Shown: piece after piece, positions 30,989-37,822 of the stretch
Layout: every line of letters begins with the position of its first letter
How positions within the stretch are numbered: the stretch's first letter is position 1
Source: Opitutia bacterium
GTDB lineage: Bacteria > Verrucomicrobiota > Verrucomicrobiia > Opitutales > T3Sed10-336
Length of the DNA stretch: 64,000 nucleotides
Direction of reading: 5' to 3'
NCBI GenBank assembly: GCA_050506795.1
Contig: JBJHCF010000003.1
Span: 128,001 to 192,000, forward strand
Position numbers and translations under genes: made by a program
The notes under the pieces: generated by a model
Seen by the model: only the letters and a program-made list of their open reading frames with translations
Told to the model about the DNA's origin: nothing
Database searches by the model: none

Positions 30989-31173
30989 TATGGCTCCTTT
31001 CCCGTCAGATCGCGGCAAATCTTTCGTGCAAGGCGTTCTGGTATCTCGTTATGGCGAGGGACAGCTTGCCATTCTCCTGTCTTCGTATTCTCCCAGAGGC
31101 TGTGTCTTGACCCTTCACGTCGGAGGCGACATCCATGGCGACGAAGAAACCGGAGAAGTAGCGCTCTCTTCAT
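30988..31173 (-). CDS. hicA: HicA-family mRNA interferase toxin
   Basis: 61 aa basic protein, GC.L.REGSRHS.W.N..TG...VPRH.EI...LARKICRDL; conserved His retained. Confidence 0.9.
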   Translation of the reverse strand: MKRALLLRFLRRHGCRLRREGSRHSLWENTKTGEWQAVPRHNEIPERLARKICRDLTGKEP

Positions 31174-31195
31174 CCTGACTTGAAAACCTTTCCGT

Positions 31196-31236
31196 TTGAA
31201 AAATCCAATTTAATGAGTAACATTGGATCTTTTCAA
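31196..31236 (-). promoter_or_regulatory. Putative sigma70 promoter for hicA and downstream cas genes, containing the mini-CRISPR target and an inverted repeat
   Basis: Minus strand TTGAAA (31231-31236), 18 nt, TAAATT (31207-31212); CCA PAM at 31224-31226; protospacer 31209-31223. Confidence 0.6.
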
Positions 31237-31289
31237 TCGAACGCAACCAGACAAGTCAAGCACTTCTTGGGGTTAAGTCACCGTTATTA

Positions 31290-31502
31290 TCAGGAGATGG
31301 CTTCGATAACCACGGACTCGGTCTTCGCTCTGCCGATCTCCGTGTTTCTTCTTTCTTCGAAGATTAAGTCGATCGCCGCCTTCAGATCTTCGATACACTC
31401 TTCGCGTGTCTTTCCCATCCCGTTGGCAGCGGGCACTTCGGCACACGTGGCTGTCCACCAATCGCCTTCCTCGCGTAATATGGCTGTGAAAGTTTGGATC
31501 AT
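31290..31502 (-). CDS. hicB: Short HicB-family antitoxin without DNA-binding domain
   Basis: FTAILREEGDWWTATCAEVPAANGMGKTREECIEDLKAAIDLI matches the HicB partial RNase H fold; GGAG RBS. Confidence 0.88.
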   Translation of the reverse strand: MIQTFTAILREEGDWWTATCAEVPAANGMGKTREECIEDLKAAIDLIFEERRNTEIGRAKTESVVIEAIS

Positions 31503-31556
31503 AGTTCTCCATTACAATGGCTGATTCATTCGCGGGAAGCAAATGGATTTCCTTCA

Positions 31557-31808
31557 TCAACCCCAATCCTGTGCGCGGTTCAATTTTTTGAGGATCCGAT
31601 CAATGCGAGGATCGGACGGGTCGGGTTCTGGAACGGATAGCCGGCCAACCCATTTCCTTACGAAGCTGCCGTCGAATTCGCCTTCCTCCACAAAAGCCCG
31701 AAGATCCTTCTCGACTACTGCGGAAAGGGAAATTCCTTCATTCCGTGCCATCAATCGGGCTTTGCGAAGCACCTCCGGATCGATTCTAACGGTGAGATTC
31801 TTTTTCAT
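31557..31808 (-). CDS. Ribbon-helix-helix antitoxin-like protein (DUF6364/CopG-like), no adjacent cognate toxin
   Basis: MKKNLTVRIDPEVLRKARLMARNEGISLSAVVE is an RHH signature. Confidence 0.7.
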   Translation of the reverse strand: MKKNLTVRIDPEVLRKARLMARNEGISLSAVVEKDLRAFVEEGEFDGSFVRKWVGRLSVPEPDPSDPRIDRILKKLNRAQDWG

Positions 31809-31847
31809 TGGAGTAAGAATCAAGTGCATTTGCCTTCCTGAACATTT

Positions 31848-32714
31848 TCATCCCGCGTCCACCGCTCCGAAGCCCATGGAGTTCATTTCGCCGAGGCCGG
31901 CGGACCAGATGAGGCGCTGGAGTGGGATTGGGGCGGTGACTTTGACCGGTGCGGCCCAACTGCGGACGGGGATATTTTTGATGTGAAAGAGCCGGGTTCG
32001 GGCCTTGCCCGGATCGGCGAGTTCCACCTGGACGTCCTGGCGGGCGGCCCAGGCTTTGGTTTCCGTCGGAGTCGCGCCGTTGAGACCGGCCCAGCGGGCT
32101 GCAATGTCGGGACGGCCGGTTTCGTCAGTGAAACGAAGCCATTTGTGGAAGAGGTTTTGACAGATCAGTTCCGCGCAGTCGTGGCCTTCGGCCGGATTGT
32201 CGGGCAGGGCGTAGTGCTTGGCGCCGGTTTCCCGGTTTTTCCAGCTCGTCACGATCGACGCTTCTCGGACGGGTTGCCAGAACATTGTTTCCCGGAAGGC
32301 GGGTTGGGGGATGACTATGGCGGATTTGATCAGGAAGTCGGAGGCGGCCAATCGAAGATTTCCGGCGGCGAGGAGTCCTTCACTGACCGCCGATAACAAT
32401 TCCGGCCAGGGGGAAAACAGGCGAAACGTCGCTTCGCCTTCGATGAGGAGCCCAGGGCGGGTTGTTTCGCCGTTTTCGTTGTCAGGCAAGTGAGATCCTT
32501 TTCCGCCGCGATTGACCGTCATGCGACGGCACCGGAGCGGCGAAAATCCGAATAGTTTGATCCGGTCTTTATGCTGTTCGCCGTGGTGCAAATCGGCGGC
32601 GAACTCCGGCTGAACAGTTTCAAGGGATTGATACAATGCGGCCGAAAGAAACGGATAATAGGAAAACGGCAGGTTCGCCGGTGTGGTAGGGGCTATGGTA
32701 ACAGCGAATTGCAT
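31848..32714 (-). CDS. cas6: CRISPR-associated endoribonuclease Cas6
   Basis: LPFSY, LHHG...KLFGFSPL, C-terminal Gly-rich GLGEMNSMGFG loop. Confidence 0.92.
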   Translation of the reverse strand: MQFAVTIAPTTPANLPFSYYPFLSAALYQSLETVQPEFAADLHHGEQHKDRIKLFGFSPLRCRRMTVNRGGKGSHLPDNENGETTRPGLLIEGEATFRLFSPWPELLSAVSEGLLAAGNLRLAASDFLIKSAIVIPQPAFRETMFWQPVREASIVTSWKNRETGAKHYALPDNPAEGHDCAELICQNLFHKWLRFTDETGRPDIAARWAGLNGATPTETKAWAARQDVQVELADPGKARTRLFHIKNIPVRSWAAPVKVTAPIPLQRLIWSAGLGEMNSMGFGAVDAG

Positions 32715-33061
32715 GCGGAGATGACGCCTGGTGGAGTTAGCAATTGACGGGCTTAATCGAGGAAGTGCGAGGTGGCCGGAATCGAAACGACAAGATAGCC
32801 TCAACCAAGTCAAACGATTTCGAACGCCATCGGTTCCTGCCGACATCATTGCGCCGGACCGAGGCCCACCGAATCGTTTTTGTGGATGGGGGTTGAACTC
32901 TTGGGTGGGGCCGCTATCGAGGGGTTCGGCGTAGAGTGAACCTGTGTCACGGCGGACACAGGTGGATCTTTTCATTTGGGTGCCTTGAAAATAGTGAGAG
33001 CCGGATGCTCGCGTTCCCGGTGGTGATTTTTTTGGTCGCGGACCACGAAAGCGCGGGTCGG

Positions 33062-34423
33062 CTAACGATTGCGCTCGGCGATTGCCTCCAACCGCTCGTC
33101 GAGGGTCTCCCGGGAAAACCAGCGGCCGTGCCGCACCACTCCTTCGATAGCCTGGGCGTTGGCGAGGTCTTCCAGGGGATTCGCGCGCAAGAGAACCAGG
33201 TCCGCTTTTAAACCCTCGGCCACCCGGCCAAAGACGTCCTCTTCGCCCAGATATACGGCGGGATTTACAGTGCCGGTTCGCAATACTTCGTATGGGCTGA
33301 GCCCGGCGCTTTCCATCACCGCCATTTCACGATGCACCGAAAAACCGGGGACATTGAACCACTGGGGAGCGTCCGAACCGAGAAGCAGGCCGGCGCCGGC
33401 ATCGTGCAGCGCCTTGATCAGGTCCAGTCGAACCTGGATAAATGCATCGCCCGCTTCCTGATCGTAATGGCTCTCATTGCGGAAATTGGTCACCCAGTTG
33501 ATCCAGCCGTCGACGATGTTCTGCGGCATGTAACGAAATTCCGGCCGCTCCTCCCGGACGGTTTCCAGGTCGACGGCGAAAGCGCTGTGCATGATGGTTT
33601 CGGTCGGAACGTTCCACACGCCGGCTTCTTTGGTTTGTTCCACGATCGCCTGGAGGCGGTCCTCCCGGGCATAGGGCGCCAGGCGGTAGCCAAAGAATCC
33701 GCCGTCAATGCCTTCGGTTTCGTCGGGATCCACCAGGGTCGGCATGTAGGCGTCGAAGTGATCGATGGTGGAGTACCCGGCTTCGAGTGCCCGGGGAACG
33801 CCCACCGCGCCCGGCACGTGACCGGAGAACTCAATGTTCGCCGCATGGGCGGCTTCCGCCATGGCGTTGAAGGCGTCGAGCGGCATACCCCAGAAGATCT
33901 TTAGCAAATCGTACCCGGCTTCGGCTTGCTGCCGGGCGATGCGGATTCCGTCGGCCGGAGTCTGCACGTTGCCCCCGAGTCCGGGTCCGGCTGAAATCAG
34001 GCGCGGTCCGTCGACCGAACCATCGGCCAGTTGTTGACGCAATTGCAGGTGTACCGGAGCTCCGAGCATGCTCCGCGCCAGGGTGACTCCATTGGCCAGG
34101 TACAGGAATGCCACGTCTTCGCGGTATTGCCGGTCATCACCCTGTCCGGGCATGTGAGCGTGCATCTCCGCCAGGCCGGGCATGAGATAGTGGCCGCCGG
34201 CATCGATCACCTGGGCGCCACCGGGAACGTCGGCCTCAGCCGCCGGGGTGATACTTACAATGCGCCCGGCGTCGATTACCACGGTTTGGTCCCGCAGGAC
34301 ACGCTCTTCGTCCATGGGGATTACGTTGACGCCGCTGAAAACCAGCGTTCCCTGGGATCGGAGATCGGTGAGTCCCAGAGATATGAGGAGAATGGCTATT
34401 AGGGTAAAACGTGAGGCGGTCAT
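33062..34423 (-). CDS. Exported amidohydrolase family protein
   Basis: PGLAEMHAH, SGHVP, TIDH, LLGSDAP, GLKADLVLLRANPLED. Confidence 0.9.
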   Translation of the reverse strand: MTASRFTLIAILLISLGLTDLRSQGTLVFSGVNVIPMDEERVLRDQTVVIDAGRIVSITPAAEADVPGGAQVIDAGGHYLMPGLAEMHAHMPGQGDDRQYREDVAFLYLANGVTLARSMLGAPVHLQLRQQLADGSVDGPRLISAGPGLGGNVQTPADGIRIARQQAEAGYDLLKIFWGMPLDAFNAMAEAAHAANIEFSGHVPGAVGVPRALEAGYSTIDHFDAYMPTLVDPDETEGIDGGFFGYRLAPYAREDRLQAIVEQTKEAGVWNVPTETIMHSAFAVDLETVREERPEFRYMPQNIVDGWINWVTNFRNESHYDQEAGDAFIQVRLDLIKALHDAGAGLLLGSDAPQWFNVPGFSVHREMAVMESAGLSPYEVLRTGTVNPAVYLGEEDVFGRVAEGLKADLVLLRANPLEDLANAQAIEGVVRHGRWFSRETLDERLEAIAERNR

Positions 34424-34582
34424 GGATCGGCCCTTTCGGTTGATCGGTTAACGTTGATAGAGAGCAGTTGTTCGCAAACAGGACGCTTTATTTTGCCGGA
34501 AATCGTTGGCAGGTCAAGTGGGGAGGGATATTTGTGTTTTCGCTGGCGGAGCTTGATGGGTTTTGCTACGGTTTCCTCTATT

Positions 34583-35512
34583 ATGAGATCAATTCCCACC
34601 ATTGATGAATTGCGCCGGCGAGCCGGTGCAGTGTTGTTTTCGTTGGCTTGTGCCGCATACCTGACCGGGGGATTGCCTGCCACGGTTACCGCGGCTGAAA
34701 CGGAGGATGGCGAGGTGAAGAAACTGGTGCTGGTGGCTGGAACCCCGAGTCACGGCCGCGGCCAGCACGAGCACAACGCCGGAGTCCGTCTCTTCAAGGA
34801 TTCTCTGGCTGATTTTCCGGGACTTGAAGTCACGGCCCACTACAATGGCTGGCCGGAAGACGAGAATGCGTTTGCCGAAGCCGATGCGATCCTGATTTAC
34901 ATGGATGGAGGAGGCGGGCACCCGATTCTTCGCCGCCAACGCCTGGAGCAAATGGCGGAATTGATGGAGCGAGGGGTGGGACTGGCTGCTTTCCATTTCG
35001 CGGTGGAGGTGCCCGCGGATCGCGCGGGAGAACATTTTCAGGACTGGATCGGCGGTTTTTACGAGTCGAATTATTCCGTGAACCCGATCTGGACCGCCGA
35101 ATTCGTCGAGCTTCCCGATCATCCGATAACCCGTGGAGTGGAGCCTTTTGCCATCCGCGATGAATGGTACTTCAATATTCGTTTTCGCCCCGAAATGGAA
35201 GGGGTCGTGCCTATTCTGCAAGCCAAGCCATCGGACGATACCCGGGCTGGACCCTATGTCCACCCGCAAGGCCCGTACCCGCACATCGTGGAAGCCAGCG
35301 GCCGGACGGAAACCCTGGCCTGGGCGGTGGAACGCGAGAATGGCGGTCGTGGATTCGGATTTACCGGCGGGCATTTTCACCAAAACTGGGGTGATCCGAA
35401 TTTTCGCAAAATCGCCTTGAATGCCCTGGTATGGATCACCGGCGGCGAAGTCCCTGAAAACGGAGTAGCCTTCACGGTGACCGACGAATATCTCGAAGCT
35501 CACCTCGATTGA
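34583..35512 (+). CDS. ThuA-like (class I glutamine amidotransferase-like) domain protein
   Basis: VLVAGTPSHG.G.HEHNAG, HPITRGV..F...DEWYF, GGRGFGFTGGHFHQNW. Confidence 0.85.
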   Translation: MRSIPTIDELRRRAGAVLFSLACAAYLTGGLPATVTAAETEDGEVKKLVLVAGTPSHGRGQHEHNAGVRLFKDSLADFPGLEVTAHYNGWPEDENAFAEADAILIYMDGGGGHPILRRQRLEQMAELMERGVGLAAFHFAVEVPADRAGEHFQDWIGGFYESNYSVNPIWTAEFVELPDHPITRGVEPFAIRDEWYFNIRFRPEMEGVVPILQAKPSDDTRAGPYVHPQGPYPHIVEASGRTETLAWAVERENGGRGFGFTGGHFHQNWGDPNFRKIALNALVWITGGEVPENGVAFTVTDEYLEAHLD

Positions 35513-35541
35513 AGTGTTTCAACCTCTACGTTAACGACCTT

Positions 35542-36537
35542 ATGAACAGACACACCGTATCCGAAACCTCATCATCTTCACCCATCAGCCGTCGCGACAT
35601 GCTAATTCGCAGTGCCGGGCTGCTGGCCGCCGGAGGCGCAGCGCTTACCGGTATCAACCGAGCCGTCGCCGCGGACGGTCCGCAAAGGCGTCCGGAGGGG
35701 CCGGCGGTGCGCAATGGACGCATCAAGCAATCGATCGTGCAATGGCCGTTTGAATATTTCGGCGAACACTGGACCCTGGAGCAGACCTGCGAGGTCGCCA
35801 AAAGCCTTGGGGTGGACAGTATCGAGCTGCTCACCGCCGATCAGTTTCATATCGTGGCGGAACACGGCCTCACCTGCGCCATCGCCCAGATCAACATGGC
35901 GCCGGATCCGCCATTTCTGCGGGGCTTCAACAACCCGGATTTCTGGCCCGAGGTGATGGCCACCACCCGCGAAACGATCGAAGCCGCCGCCGAGTACGGC
36001 ATTCCCAATGTGATCTGTTTCACCGGATTCAGCGCCAAGGATCCCCACGACCCTGACAGCCCGGAGTGGGACCTCGACGAGGGCGCCCAAAACTGCATTG
36101 AGGGGATCAAGCAGATCATCGGTTTCGCCGAGGAGAAGGGGGTCACCCTCTGTCTGGAGAATTTGAATACCCGGGACGACAGTCATCCCATGAAGGGACA
36201 CCCAGGTTACCAGGGCGCCGAGACCGATTACTGCATCGACATCATCAAGGGAGTGGGGTCACCGCGGATGAAGATGCTTTTCGACATTTACCATGCTCAG
36301 ATCATGGACGGCGACATCATCCGTCGCATTCGCGAGCACGCCGAATATATCGGGCACGTCCATACCGCCGGAAACCCGGGACGGCACGAACTGGACGACA
36401 CCCAGGAGCTCAACTACCGTCCGATGATGGAAGCCCTCCTGGAGGTTGGTTACACCGGCTACGTCGGCCAGGAATTTCTGTCCACCCGCGACCCCTACCA
36501 AGGGCTGTACGAAGCCATCCGCCTGTGTGACGTCTGA
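35542..36537 (+). CDS. Tat-exported hydroxypyruvate isomerase-family TIM barrel protein
   Basis: SRRDML twin-arginine signal, LENLN, FDIYHAQIMDGD, HVHTAGNPGRHE, GQEF. Confidence 0.88.
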   Translation: MNRHTVSETSSSSPISRRDMLIRSAGLLAAGGAALTGINRAVAADGPQRRPEGPAVRNGRIKQSIVQWPFEYFGEHWTLEQTCEVAKSLGVDSIELLTADQFHIVAEHGLTCAIAQINMAPDPPFLRGFNNPDFWPEVMATTRETIEAAAEYGIPNVICFTGFSAKDPHDPDSPEWDLDEGAQNCIEGIKQIIGFAEEKGVTLCLENLNTRDDSHPMKGHPGYQGAETDYCIDIIKGVGSPRMKMLFDIYHAQIMDGDIIRRIREHAEYIGHVHTAGNPGRHELDDTQELNYRPMMEALLEVGYTGYVGQEFLSTRDPYQGLYEAIRLCDV

Positions 36538-36570
36538 TCGACTCGGTTGATCCCGGTGCCGATTCGCAAC

Positions 36571-36606
36571 GAAAAGGCGTTCGACTCTCCCGTCGAACGC
36601 CTTTTC
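36571..36606. terminator. Bidirectional intrinsic terminator
   Basis: gaaaaggcgttcgac / gtcgaacgccttttc perfect 15-bp inverted repeat between convergent genes. Confidence 0.8.
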
Positions 36607-36666
36607 TCGTGCCGGCTTACACCGCAGAACACCGGTCAGTTTGGTCTTGAGGAAAGGCTTGGTGTC

Positions 36667-37599
36667 TTACCCTTTCACCGCCCCGGAAGTGAGACCCCCT
36701 ATGAACTCGCGCTGCAGGAGCAGGAAGAGCACGGCGATGGGAAAGATGGACAGGAAGGTACCGGCGAGGAAGAGTCCGTAGTCTTCGGAGAACTCGGTGA
36801 CGTATTGATTGAGCACGACAGGGAGCGGGTACTTGTAGGTGGACTGGAGAAAGACCTGCGGTCCGATAAAGCCGTTCCATTGTCCCATGAACACAATAAG
36901 GCAGAATGCCGCCGTCATTGGCCGAACGAGGGGGATCACGATCGACCAATAGATATAAAACTCTCCCGCGCCGTCCACCCGGGCCGCTTCAATGAGTCCG
37001 TCGGGCACGCTGAGCATGGACTGGCGGAAAAGGAAAATACCAAAGGCGCTGGCCGCGCCGGGCACGAGCAGGGCGAGGTAGGTGTCGATCCAGCCGAAGC
37101 GCGCGATCAATTCGTAAAGGGGCGCCAGAAAGAGCATGACCGGCAGCATCATGGTCCCCAGCATAAAGAGCATCAGGGCCTTGCGGCCGCGGAAGCGGTA
37201 CTTCGCCAGGGCGTAGCCCGCCATGGAGCAAAAGAAAACCTGAATGACGGTCGCCGCGCTGGCCAGAAAGAGGGAGTTGAGGAAATGCTGGCCGAATCCG
37301 ACTTCCCCCTGGAGGGTGGGACGGGGAGTGAAGAGGTTGCGGAAGTTGTCGAGACCGAGCGTGGCGTGCCATTCGGTAATGGGCGGAAGAAACGGGTACT
37401 GCATCAGCACCGGTCCGAGCTTGAAGGCGGCGCTCGTCACCCAAACGAACGGCGTCAGGATAACGGCGGAGATCAGGCACAGCAGAACCAACCGGGCGTA
37501 GCGCCAGGCGAGTTGAGGGCGGCGCGGATCGATCGCCACGAGAAAGAGACCGACGGCGAGCAGGGCGAGAAGCAGCCAATGTATCCAATTCAGGCTCAT
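36667..37599 (-). CDS. Carbohydrate ABC transporter permease (MalG-like)
   Basis: LIEAARVDGAGEF, QWNGFIGP, QREFIGGLTSGAVKG. Confidence 0.9.
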   Translation of the reverse strand: MSLNWIHWLLLALLAVGLFLVAIDPRRPQLAWRYARLVLLCLISAVILTPFVWVTSAAFKLGPVLMQYPFLPPITEWHATLGLDNFRNLFTPRPTLQGEVGFGQHFLNSLFLASAATVIQVFFCSMAGYALAKYRFRGRKALMLFMLGTMMLPVMLFLAPLYELIARFGWIDTYLALLVPGAASAFGIFLFRQSMLSVPDGLIEAARVDGAGEFYIYWSIVIPLVRPMTAAFCLIVFMGQWNGFIGPQVFLQSTYKYPLPVVLNQYVTEFSEDYGLFLAGTFLSIFPIAVLFLLLQREFIGGLTSGAVKG

Positions 37600-37602
37600 G
37601 AC

Positions 37603-37698
37603 TCAGCTTTCATCCCTGTAGGCTCCGGAAAGGCCGATTTGGGTAATACTCACGGTGATCATGATAAGGGCCAGAACCCACCCCACCGCGGCCGCCAG
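37603..37698 (-). pseudogene. C-terminal remnant of a MalF-like sugar ABC permease
   Basis: Reads LAAAVGWVLALIMITVSITQIGLSGAYRDES-stop just before the MalG-like start; in-frame stop shortly upstream and no ATG. Confidence 0.6.
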
Positions 37699-37822
37699 TT
37701 TGTTTGAGCGACTGGTACGTCGTCATTTTTCATGACAACGTCCATCGAATTCCCACTGGCCAATTCCCGGTCCGTGCCGGCAGAATCCTTGCGGCTTCTC
37801 CAACTTTTACCGACACACGCTC

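Noticed and set aside
31255..31281. Possible further degenerate repeat (gtcaagcacttcttggggttaagtcac) between hicB and hicA
   Set aside because: Needs gaps to align, lacks the GAAAC-like handle, and I found no target for the adjacent sequence
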